Positions 51,241-62,781 of a DNA stretch of 64,000 bases are shown here, piece after piece. Location of the stretch: assembly GCF_028641065.1 (NCBI RefSeq), contig NC_073404.1, positions 12,586,001 through 12,650,000 of the forward strand. The letters are read 5' to 3'. Position numbers and translations under genes: made by a program. This DNA comes from Leucoraja erinacea. Taxonomy: Eukaryota. The stretch's first letter is position 1. Each line of letters starts with the position of its first letter. The notes beneath the pieces are model-generated. The model worked only from the letters and a program-made list of their open reading frames with translations. It did not search any database and was not told where the DNA came from.

Positions 51241-52384
51241 GGGACAATAAAACTCGGTGAAATTTACCACAGGAGGATGCTGTGATGAAAATCCGCTCTC
51301 ATATGTTCAGGTTTTGGTATGCCACATAGAGTGATTCACACCAGCGACTCACTGACAGCGTAGACCAGTCAGGTCAGATGAATCAACCCACGTACTTCCC
51401 TGTAACCCATTCTCACTAGTGCGCCCATTAACTCGCCAACCAACAACACTGGGGCAAGTCACCAGGCACCAAACGGTTGGTGTAGGAAGGAACTGCAGAT
51501 GCGGGTTTACACTGAAGATAGACACAAAATGCCGGAGTAACTCAGCGGGAAACTGGGGCACCGCCGCCATAGAGCGAACGTGCAAACTCCACACAGACAG
51601 TACCAAAGGTCGGGATCAAAGCCGGGGCCCTGGTGCAGCGGGATGGCTGCACCACCACAGGCAATGGCAGGTCACGGCTTCCTCTGCAGCTGCTACCTGT
51701 CTCATCACATCATAAGTGACAGGAGTAGAATTAGGCCATTCGGCCCATACAGTCTGCTCCGCCATCTCCTTGTCTCCTTTAGCCTGGAGCGTCGGGGGGG
51801 GGGGGGGGGGAGAGAAACACTTCTGTTTTATTACTAACTAGAAGTTTCTAAAATCATGAGAAGCAAAGATAGGACAGACAGTCAGAACCTTTCTCCCAGG
51901 GTGGAAATGTCAAAGACTAGATGAGAGTGGTGTTTAAAAGACTTTCAGATAGGCACGCAGAGAGGGGGAGGGGATTCGGTTCACATGCAGGCAGAAGAGA
52001 TTAGTTTAAAAGTGTAGGAAGGAACTGCAGACGCTGGTTTAAACCGGAGATAGACACACACGAAGGTGAGTAACTCAGCGGGACATGCAGCATCTCTGGA
52101 GAGAAGGAATGGGTGACGATTCGACTCGAGACTCGGGTCAGATGAAGCCTCTGGCTTGTGAGCGCTAGGGTGGACATGGGATATTTGTGACTCAGGTCAA
52201 CATTAGAGTGGGCAGTTCTAACACAAAATGCAGGGGCGGAATATCTGACTGTTGGGTCCAGGACTGAGCGTCGGCGGTGGGAGCTGCTGGCCCTCGAGTT
52301 GGTTGGGTTGGCCAAGTGCGGGAGGGTGGGGGTCAGGGCTACGGGTCTAGGATGGGGGCGGGACGTGTCGTGCGGAGCCGCCTC

Positions 52385-53312
52385 ATGGAGCCGGTGAGCG
52401 AGTGGATCCGCTGGCGCTTCCCCGCGGTGCGAAGCCTGGGCCCGGCCGCTCTGGAGCAGCTGCTGCGGGGGGAGCGGGAACGGGAGCGGCTGCTGCTGTT
52501 GGTGAGCGGGGCCGGCAACGCGCCCTGAACAATTTCCCCCCACGGGTCTCCCCTACCTCCCTCCACCGCTGCGTCCCGTCCCAACCCCTGGATCTCATTA
52601 TCTCCCCATCTAATCTCCCCTTTCCCAGCTGTATTCTTTCCACCCCTACTTCTCCCTCTCTTCACTTGCCAAAGTCTCTCGACCACGACCCCCCCCCCCC
52701 ACCCCATACGGGGAGTCAGGGGAGCGACCCCTGTCCGTCATTGCCCCCACCCCCCTGTGGAGGGTTCGCGGGGGAGACCCGCACATCGCGGCCGGTTCTC
52801 CCACTGAGCCGCGGGTCCCGGGAAAGCGGCGCCGCTTCCACCCGGACAACGGGGAGAATTGACCCACGTCTCTCGCCGGGTTACAGGATGTCCGGAGTGC
52901 GGCCGAGTATGAGGTCAGTCACCTGGAGGGAGCCGTTCGCATCGACCCGGACACCAGCGACGTGGGGACGGTGGTCAAGGAGCTGGGACTGACAGGTGGG
53001 GAACCCTGACCCCCACACACCCCGTACCCCTCCCCACTGGTCACCCCGCTGCCTCGACCCGACCCGTCCAACACACACACTGACTCTGAGGGTGGTGAAT
53101 CTGTGGAATTATTTGCCACAGACAGTTGTGGAGGTTTAGTCAATGGGTTTATTTAAGGCTGAGATGGAGTCTTGATTAGTACGGGTGTCAGGGGAGAAGA
53201 CAGGAGAATGGGGTTAGGAAGAAGGGATAGAGCAGCCATGATTGAATGGCATGATGGGCCCAATGAACCAATTCTGCTCCTATCACTTATGAACCCTCAC
53301 CCGCACCCCCCC

Positions 53313-53343
<31 letters not shown>

Positions 53344-53765
53344 ACACTAACCCTCACTATGGGACGGGTCTCACTCACACACTGTGTATCTGAGGGAGAC
53401 ATTGCTCGGCTGATGTCTGTAACTGTATTGGGGTGTGTTTTGTGGGATGTGACGTTACCTGTTCCCTGAGCGCTACGTGACCCGCCTCGCCCACAGACAG
53501 CACTGGCACGGTGGTGATGTGTTACTGCACCGTTGGGTTCCACGCCTGCCGGGTGGCGCAGCGACTGTGCGACTTCTTCGCCGGGGATTCGACGCGGAGT
53601 GACCCGGGCACTGTGGACGTGTACAACCTGGAAGGGGGGCTCCTGCGGTGGGGCAGGGAGAAGAGACTCCTGGTGGACGGCAGGAACAAGCCGAGCAGCC
53701 GCCTCCATCCCTACTGCCAGCTGTGGGAGGAGCTGCTGGAAGCCGACTTCAAACCGCCGGCCTGA
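52385..53765 (+). CDS. Single-domain rhodanese/sulfurtransferase-like protein, copy B (164 aa; in-frame upstream ATG at 52352 possible)
   Basis: Exons 52385-52501 (MEPVSEWIRWRFPAVRSLG...LLLL), 52887-52995 (DVRSAAEYEVSHLEGAVRIDP) and 53497-53765 (VVMCYCTVGFHACRVA...VYNLEGGLLRWGRE...LHPYCQLWEELL...*). GT-AG introns, open frame. Confidence 0.88.
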
Positions 53766-53967
53766 GGAGAGGCAGTCACCTTCGCCCCCTCCACTGGCCT
53801 CCTGCAAGGCCCATCCCCCCCTCTCTCTATCTTCCTCCTCAACCTCCAGCAAGCCCCTCTCCTACCCCCGGCCTCCTGCAACCCCCTCCTCTCCGAGAAT
53901 CCCGCCGCCCCCCCCTCGCTAAAGCCCAGCAGCGCCGCCCCGGAGTCCATCCCCTCCCACAGCCCCC

Positions 53968-53998
<31 letters not shown>

Positions 53999-55067
53999 AC
54001 CACACTCACACTCATCACCCACCCCTCCACACCTACCACTCACCATTCACTCCTCCCACCTGTCCTGACCGAGCCCTACCCCCCACCCCCATCAACCACA
54101 CCAGCCTGGACAGCTTCCCCATCTTACACAGTCAGCATTCATCCATATCCCAAGCATTTCACAATTAAACAGCGTTGAAAGAAAATAAGAATGCTCTTAA
54201 TTCGTGGTTTTTGGCCTCTCGGCTCCTTTGTGGCCTTGAGTCTGGTTCAACGTGGGAGGGCGGATGGGAGTCTAGCAAGTGATAGGTGCCTGGTGATATC
54301 TTCGGGTGAGGTTGGCAAGTCTACCTTTGCTATCCATGAACCAGCTGCCGTGTCACTGGTGGAGGCTTTAATTGACTTGTTGAAGCCCACTGTTGTAAAG
54401 ACACTGTCTCATGGCGGGATTTGAAAATTTGGAGTGAAATTTCCACGAAACTTCCCGATGTAATCTGTGTTTGTTCGCCGAAACCAGGGAGCCTATAAAG
54501 GTTTCGTTTATTGTCGCGTGTACAGAGACACAGTGAAACGCATTTGTCACGCGCTAACTAGTCAGCAGAACGACAGTACATGATTACAATCGAGCCATTA
54601 CACTGTATAGATGCATGATAATGGAATCACGTTTAGTGCAAGGTTAAGCCAGCAAAGTCCGATGGCCTCCAATGGGGTAAATGGTAGTTCAGGACTGCTC
54701 TCCAGTTGTGCTGGGATGATAACAGCCGGGGAGAAACTGTCCTTGAATCTGGATGTGTGCGTATTCACACTTCTAGACCTTTTGCCCGATAGGAGAGGGG
54801 AGAAGAGGGACTCGTCCTTGTTTATTTAACGTGGGACCAGTGTCGTGTGGATTCGTCGCGACCGGGAGGTCAACAAGGAAGGCAACACTGGGCCAAGAGT
54901 CGGCTGTGAGGGGGACACTTGCCGTCACCCAGCGGTCAGTGTGTGTGTGTGTGTGAAACGTCTCCCAGCGAGGATCAGTGCCCTGAGGAGGGCACAGGGA
55001 AATCTAATCATACAAAGAAACAGCATTAGACTCTGAGAGGACACAGTGTGCAGAACAGCGCGGATTG

Positions 55068-55073
55068 TTTTAT
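55068..55073 (-). terminator. Candidate polyadenylation signal of rhodanese copy C
   Basis: AATAAA on the minus strand ~230 nt after the stop at 55303. Confidence 0.5.
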
Positions 55074-55302
55074 TCATTCATATCTTGATTGGTTTTGCAA
55101 CGTGTCAAGGCTTAGATCCTGGTTATACACATACATCTAAGTTACATTCTCCACTTAATTCACTGTTTCAAATTGTCAACTTGCCAGGAAATTACTGCAG
55201 AACAAACAGCGGGGACAAGCGCGGTGTCTCCTCCCAGGGTCAGACCGGGGCCGGAGCACGGGGTCAGTCCGAGGGACCCAGAGTTAGAACGAGAGCTCGG
55301 GG

Positions 55303-57831
55303 TCAGACAGGTGCCCGGTACTGGGGCTCCAGCAGCTGAGCCCATACCTTGTTGTAGGGGTGGACGAGAGCGGTTGGCTGCCCCCCACTGTCCACCATGG
55401 GCTTGCCGTCGTTGGCCCAACTCACCAGCCCCCCTTGCAGGCTGTAGACCCTGGTCGAGCCGCGCCCCGGTGGCAGCGCCTTGTCCAGCCTCTCCGCCAT
55501 CTCCGAGGCGTGGTAACCAGCCGTGCAGTAGCAAACCACCTCCATCTCCTCCGAGCCACCTGCAACAAGACCCCGGCGTTAGAACAGGGAGAGTGTAGGG
55601 CTAGATGTCATAACGTCAGAATTAAAGGACGTACTTTCAGGAAAAAGATGAGAACGAATTTATTTCGCCAACGAGTGGTGAATGTGGAAATATTTGCCAC
55701 AGAAGGCTGTGGAGGCCAGGTCAATTGATATTTTTAAGGCAGAGATAGATTTTGATTAGTACGGGTGTCAGGGGTTATGGGGAGAAGGCAGGAAAATGTG
55801 GTTAGGAGGGAGAGATTGATCACCCATGGTTGAATGGCGGAGTAGACTTCATTCATTATAATTCTGACGTACTTTCATGATGGACAATGCGAATACAATC
55901 AGCCACGGTGCTGGTCTGCTACGCCGCTGCATCACAGAGCTAGAGACCCCGTTTCCATCGTGCCCTCAGGTGCCGTCTGTGTGGAGTTTGCACGTTCTCC
56001 CTGTGACCACCTGGGTTTTCTCCGGGTACTCCGGTTTCCCCCCACATCTCAAAGACGTGCGGGGTTAGTAGGTTAATTGGCCTCTGTAAATTGTCCCCAG
56101 TTTGTAAGGAACGGTAAAACTAGTGTGAGTCGGTGGTTTGGTGTGGACTTGGTGGGCCGAAGGGCCTGTTTTCATGCTATATCTTTCAATCTTTTCACGT
56201 TCCTTCACTTTAGAGATGCAACGCAGAAACAGGGGTGATGTCTGTGTGGAGTTTGCACGACCTCTCTGTGACCACATGGATTTCCTCCCACATCCCAAAG
56301 ATGTGCGTTGATTGACCCTCTGTAAGTTGCCCCCTGATGTGTAGGATGTGGATGAAGCAAGTAGGATAACATAGAACTAGTGATCGATGGTCGGTATGAA
56401 CACGGTGGGCCCAGGGGCTTGTTCCCTAAAGTAATCTGTAAAGTCAACTAAACACGGTACTGTGCAGGTGGATTTGGGAATTTACATGGATAAGAGTGCT
56501 GGCGTATTATATATACACTAGACAATAGGTGCAGGAATAGGCCATTCGGCCCTTCGAGCCAGCACCACCATTCAATGTTATCATGGGTGATCATCCCCAA
56601 TCACTACCCCGTTCCTGCCTCCTCCCCATATCCCATGACTCCGCTATCTTTAAGAGCCCTATCTAGCTCTCTCTTGAAAGTATCCAGAGAACCGGCCTCT
56701 GAGGCAGAGAATTCCACAGAAATAAATTATCATTAATTTTTTCCCAAATTATATATGTTGTATTTAGAAAATGTAACGGTGTTATAAAACGTGACATCCA
56801 GATTATTCTTCCGAGACGGCGTTGGAAGGCGAAGGGGAACGCCAGCAGTTGTGAGCCGTCCACAAACACGTCCTCGGTAAGAGCCCGACAGATCTACAGG
56901 GAAAATAAGGGATGCCGACCTCGGCGCACGGAAACAGAGGGGCGGCTGCATGGGGGGATTGCAGTGGTCGCGGTTGGTGGAGCGGGGGCGTTGGGAGCAG
57001 AAAGTCGATCGGATCATCGCTAAAGAACCTCGTGCTGTCTTGTTCTGTCTCCACCCCCGGTTCCTGTGCTGTCTTGTTCAATGACTCGAGCAGGTAACAT
57101 TAAGTTCTGGGAATGTATCTGGGTCAGTCTGGTGTACAGGCAGCAGACAGACCCATTGGCCGTGATTGCCTTCAATCAATGCGTCTGTTTCGTGGAGTTA
57201 GAGTCAGTGTGCGTGTGTGACCCGTCCCCCAGTGAGGGTCAGTGTGTGTGGAATGGGGTCGAGGCAGCGGGGTAACCGAGCCCCTGGAAGGTGGGATTCG
57301 CGGTTCCCCACCTGTCAGTTCCTGGACCACCGTCCCCACGTCGTTGGTGTCCGGGTCGATGCGAACGGCTCCCTCCAGGTGACTGACCTCATACTCGGCC
57401 GCACTCCGGACGTCCTGTAAGCCGAGAGGGACGAGTGTCATTACTCCCTGTCGTCCGGGCGGCGGCGTCTCCCTGGGACCCGTGCTCTCCCCGGGTCTGC
57501 CATGCCCTCCCGCACCCGCGGCTCGGTGGGTCCAAAGAACAGGGGGGTGGAGACTGACCCATGGGCGGGGGGAGACGGGGGAAAGGGGTTGTTCTCCGTG
57601 GATGTCCCAGGACTGCCTACTCCCTCCACCCCCCATCCCGAGCCTACCCTTGCCGGCGTAGGACGGTGAAGTTCCGGGGAACCCACTCCCCGGCTGCCCC
57701 TCGGTCCTGGCCCCGCTCACCAACAGCAGCAGCCGCTCCCGCTCCCCCCGCAGCCGCTGCTCCAGAGCGGCCGGGCCCAGGCTCCGCACCGCGGGGAAAC
57801 GCCAGCGGATCCACTCGCTCACCGGCTCCAT
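55303..57831 (-). CDS. Single-domain rhodanese/sulfurtransferase-like protein, copy C (156 aa)
   Basis: Exons 57831-57721, 57414-57312 and 55559-55303 (VVCYCTAGYHASEMA...VYSLQGGLVSWANDGKPMVDSGGQPTALVHPYNKVWAQLL...*). Same intron positions and phases as copies A and B. Confidence 0.88.
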
Positions 57832-58002
57832 GAGGCTGCTCCTCCCCCGGGACCGGGCCGCCCCCGCCCCTTCACGTGTACATGTGTGTGTGAAACGCCT
57901 CCTGTGTTGTCGTGTGTGTATTCTACATAGAACGTGCTACGTAAACGCGGCCGCCTCTGCATCAGCACCCTGGCAGGGTCTGCACTGACCCGACCCGACC
58001 CT

Positions 58003-58232
58003 CTAGAAATGGTTTACCTATGAATGAACCCTGTTGTCGCTAACGTTTAGCTCGTGTAGTTCGCACCTTGTACACTGCGTCTCAGCCATTGGCCCGGAGT
58101 GAGATGCTGAGATAGCAGCATCAAAGAGTTGACGTTCTGCAGGACTTGTACAACGCTGTGAGTTTACAGTGAACGGCGGTCACAGTTGTGGTACATGAGC
58201 CTCAGCAGCGACATTGCACACAGAACGACCCC
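58003..58232 (-). promoter_or_regulatory. Conserved non-coding block upstream of rhodanese copy C
   Basis: Paralogous to 50685-50875; ~170 nt upstream of the ATG at 57831. Confidence 0.5.
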
Positions 58233-58671
58233 AGAAGAATACAGTTCACACAGTGACAGACCCGTCCCGACCAGAATTAGCGCCCAGCTTTTGATATTGA
58301 TTGGAAGACACAGTATGGAAACACGCCGACCATCCAGACCATGCTCACACTAGTTGTGCTGTATCCCACTGTCTCGTTCAGTCCCGCCAAACAGGGGACA
58401 ATTGCAGACGCTAACCTTCAAACCCATGCGTCTTGTTGACGCGCTGTGCACACGCCAGCCAGCCGACAGTCGCTTGTCTTTCTCTTTTTTTAAATCTCAC
58501 TTTTATATTAATTTTAATTTCAAATGATCGTGTACCTTGTTGCGTGTTGTGACTGTTGGCGGACCAATCCCCCTCCGGGGAGGAATAAAGTTTTATTAAA
58601 TTGCATCGTATGTGGGGGGGGGGGGGGGGGGGGGGGACGGAGCACCCATAGAAAACCCACGCGGTCACCCA

Positions 58672-59455
58672 TGTGTTAATGCCCCTGTGTTAATACCCCC
58701 TGTTAATGCCCCTGTTAATGCCCTGTGTTAATGCCCCTGTGTTAATGCCCCCTGTTAATGCCCCTGTGTTAATGCCCCTGTGTTAATGTCCCCTGTTAAT
58801 GCCCTGTGTTAATACCCCTGTTAATGCCCCTGTTAGTGCCCCTGTGTTAATACCCCTGTTAATGCCCTGTGTTAATGCCCCTGTGTTAATGCCCTGTGTT
58901 AAAGCCCCTGTGTTAATGCCCTGTGTTAAAGCCCCTGTGTTAATGCCCTGTGTTAAAGCCCCTGTGTTAATGCCCCTGTGTTAATACCCCCTGTTAGTGC
59001 CCTCTGTGTTAATACCCCCGCTGTTAATGCCCCTGTGCTAATGCCCTGTGTTAATGCCCTGTATTAATGCCCCTGTGTTAATGCCCTGTGTTTAAAGCCC
59101 CTGTGTTAATGCCCTGTGTTAATACCCCCTGTTAGTGCCCCTGTGTTAATGCCCCTGTGTTAATGCCCCTGTGTTAATGCCCCTGTGTCAATGCCCTGTG
59201 TTAATGCCCCTGTGTTAATGCCCCCTGTTAATGCCCTGTGTTAATACCCCCTGTTAATGCCCTGTGTTAATGCCCCCTGTTAATGCCCTGTGTTAATGCC
59301 CCTGTTAATGCCCCTGTGTTAAAGCCCCTGTGTTAATGCCCCCTGTGTTAATGCCCCTGTGTTAATGCCCCCTGTGTTAATGCCCCCTGTGTTAATGCCC
59401 TGTGTTAATGCCCTGTGTTAATGCCCCTGTGTTAATGCCCCCTGTTAATGCTCTG
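58672..59455. repeat. Minisatellite (TGTGTTAATGCCCC)n, 13-16 bp units
   Basis: About 50 tandem degenerate units. Confidence 0.95.
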
Positions 59456-59924
59456 TGCTGAGCGCACACATCACAAGTAAGCCGGCTTTGTTTTCCTAGT
59501 AGATTATTTCTGCCCGGTCCCTGTCCCCGGAGTATCCCGGCCGGCCCGACCTTTCCCGTGCCCCTGCTGCGGAAAGGCCTCTCCCTGCACCAGCCCCTCC
59601 TCTGTCGGGCAGGATCCTCGCTGCCGCTGGCTCCCAACCGAGCTGTCACAGGGTGGAAACTGTAGCAGAGAGCACGGTCGGGACCGGACTCGCTCTGAGA
59701 GCCCTGGGAGGAAGCTGTGTCAGTGTGGGAAGAGGGCGAGACACACAGTAACACACGGGGTCAGGGTGCAGACGGCAGTGACAGGAGACACCCAAATAAA
59801 CCAAACACTGGCAGCATGACACGGTGCGAGAGCTGCAGTGATGCACCGTGCCACAGGCGAGTTGGAAGAGAGAGAGAGTCACAAAGAAAGGGAAGGAGTG
59901 AAACAGAGGAACAGAAACAGTAAA

Positions 59925-61440
59925 CATAGAAACAGAAACTAGGTGCTGGAGTAGGCCATTCGGCCCTACGAGCCAGCACCGCCATTCAATATAATCATGG
60001 CTGATCATCTAAAATCAGCACCACGTTCACCATATCCCTTGATTCCTTTGGCCCGAAGAGCTAAATCTAACTCTCTCTTGAAAACATCCAGGGAATTGGC
60101 CTCCACTGCCTCCGTGGCAGCGAATTCCACAGATTCACAACTCTTTGAGTGAAGACGTTTTTCCTCATCTCAGTCCTAAATGGCCCACCCCTTATTCAAA
60201 CCGTGAACCCTGGTTCTGCACGCCCCCAACATCGGGAACATTTTCCCTGCATCTACCCTGTCCAAGCCTTTAAGAATTCTATATGTTTCGAAAGATATCC
60301 TCTCATCCTTCTAAATTCTAATGAATGCAAACCCAGTCGACCCATTCTTTCATCATATGTCAGTACTGCCATCCGGTGAATTAACCTGGTGAACCTACGC
60401 TGCACTCCCTCAATAGCAATAATGTTCTTCCTCACATTAGGAGACCAAAATGCACTCAATACTCCAGGTGTGGTCTCACCAGGGCTCTGTACAACTGCAG
60501 TAGGACCTCCTTGCTCCTAAACCTAAATCCTCTCGCAATGAAGGCCAACATGCCATTCGCTTTCTTCACTTGCCTGCTGTACCTGCAAGCTTACTTTCAG
60601 TGACTGGTGTACAAAGGACTCCCAGGTCTCGGTGCACATTATACTGCATCTGCCCACTCATTCAACCTATCCAAGTCACCCTGCAGCCTCATAGCAGCCT
60701 CCTCGCAGCTCACTGTGCCACCCAGTTTTGTGTCATCCGCAAACTTGGAGATGTTACATTTAATCCCCTCATCTAAATCGTTAATATATATTGTAAATAA
60801 CTGGGGTTCCAGCACTGAGCCTTGCAGCACCCCACTAGTCACCGCCTGCTATTCTGAAAATAACCTGTTAATTCCTAATTGCTTCCTGTCTGCCAACCAG
60901 TTTTCTATCCATGTCAATAACCTACCACCAATATAATGTGCTCTAATTTTGCACACTAATCCCTTGTGTGGGACCTTGTCAAAGGTTTTCTGAAAGTGCA
61001 GATAGACCACATCCACTGGCTCTCCCTTTTCCATTCTACTTGTTACATCCTCAAAAAAGATAAGTCAGCTTCATTTCCCCTTCATAAATCCATGCTGACT
61101 TTGACCGATCCTTTCACTGCTTTACCAAATGCCCTGCTATTACATCTTTAATAATCGACTCAAGCATCTTCCCCACTACCGATATAAGGCTGATTGGTCT
61201 ATAATTCCCTGTTTTCTCTCTCCCTTCTTTCTTAAAAAGTGGAGTTACATTAACTACCCTCCAGTCCATATGAACTGATCCAGAGTCTATAGAACATTGG
61301 AAAATGATCTAGGACCACCTCTTTGGGATGCAGACCATTAAGCCCTGGGGATTTATCTGCATTCAGTCCCAACAGTTTACCTAACACCATTTCCTGACTA
61401 ATGTGGATTCCTTTCAGTTCCTCCCTCCCACTAGTATGCA
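59925..61440 (-). mobile_element. CR1-clade LINE RT and 3' end, degenerate
   Basis: Minus ORFs [50 protein letters not shown]. Confidence 0.92.
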
Positions 61441-62680
61441 TACGGTCATAATAAAAGTTTGGTTTGTTGGTTAATAGGTAAGTTGTCCCTAGTGTATAAT
61501 AGTGAACCTGTGTATGGGTGATCGCTGGTCGGTGCAGACTCGGTGGGCTGAAGGACTGGATGGTGTGGAGTTTGCACATTCTCCTCTGCATGCATGGGCT
61601 TTCCCTGAGTGCAACAGTTCCCCTCCACTTCCCAGGAATGTGCAGGTTGGTTGTCTCAAGGCTGCTGTAAACTACCCCTGGAATAGGTGGGTGGCAGAGT
61701 TGATGGAAATGTGGGAAGTTAATTGGCAATGAGATTGCTTTAGGAAGTTCATCCTCAATGAGGTTGCTTTGTCAGCTGGCTTATACTAGATGGGCTGATT
61801 GTCCTTTGCTAACATAAGAACATAGAAACATAGAAAATAGGTGCAGGAGTAGGCCATTCGGCCCTTCGAGCCTGCACTGCCATTCAATATGATCATGGCT
61901 GATCATCCAACTCAGTATCCTGTCCCTGCCTTCTCTCCATACCCCCTGATCCCTTTAGCCACAAGGGCCACATCTAACTCACTCTTAAATATAGCAAGAG
62001 GGAGTTAGATGTGGCTGTAGATGTAACTACAGTTACAGTTTAGTTTATTGTCACTTGTACCAAGGTACAGTGAAATACTATCCAGTCAGCAGAATGACAA
62101 TACATGGTTCCAATCCATGGTTCCCCACCCAGAGTGGCACAGAATAGCCAAGATGCCAGTCACTGAAGCACAGAGGGCAGGGCTGGCCACCAGGGTAAGA
62201 TGCACAGGCCTGACCCGTGGGAGGGGTGGAGATGGAGCTTCACGTGTGGGAGGGGTGGTGAGGGAGCGCCGCACTGCAACTGACTCCACATTTCCACAAT
62301 TCCTTATGTCATTCACATGGGCAGCAGCAGGAGTGGATGGGCTGAATGGCCTTGCTCAGGGTGGGGTGACCACGGAATTGTCTGTCGATTGTCCCTCCAT
62401 TAGAAGCATCCCTCCAACACAAACATCTGCTCTCCACCGTCGATTCCCTTTGTTCCTGAGGAACTGAATAGCAGGAACTGCCTCCCCACCCCCACCAACT
62501 TCCCGAGTAAAAAGCCTCAATTCCGGCAAGGAAGCCAGGCTGTGACATCCGGATCGGAGCCAGTCAGAGGGACAGGACAGAGCCTGATGCTGGTGGCAGC
62601 AGCACAGGGCAGGGGGGAGGGGGGACGGAGCCGGCTAGTCCAGGCCGGGAGTCCCGTGCCCAGGCTCTCACCCTCCTGAC

Positions 62681-62781
62681 ATGGGCACCCTCTTCCTGCT
62701 GCTCAGTGTGTTCCCACTGACGTACACCTCCGTTCTTCCACCACTCGACCCTGATGGAGCCAACGTCTGTCGTTCAGCAAG
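62681..62781 (+). CDS. SCARF1: First coding exon of a scavenger receptor class F (SCARF1/SREC-like) gene; remainder lies beyond the window
   Basis: ATG to donor, 101 nt: MGTLFLLLSVFPLTYTSVLPPLDPDGANVCRSAR|gtaatc. Signal peptide followed by LDPxGxxVC, as in SCARF1/SCARF2 N-termini. Only one exon is visible. Confidence 0.6.

Noticed and set aside
39388-57831. Bacterial contamination as the source of the rhodanese genes
   Set aside because: They have spliceosomal introns, lie among host SINE and LINE copies, and are interleaved with MED31.
58672-59455. Regular repeat array as a possible CRISPR
   Set aside because: No unique spacers or cas genes; a plain tandem minisatellite in eukaryotic DNA.
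59490-59800. GC-rich block with PVCYCVS (-) and HRVET (+) peptides as a fourth rhodanese exon or a C17orf100-like gene
   Set aside because: No further rhodanese motifs, no convincing splice context, and the matches are too short to be meaningful.
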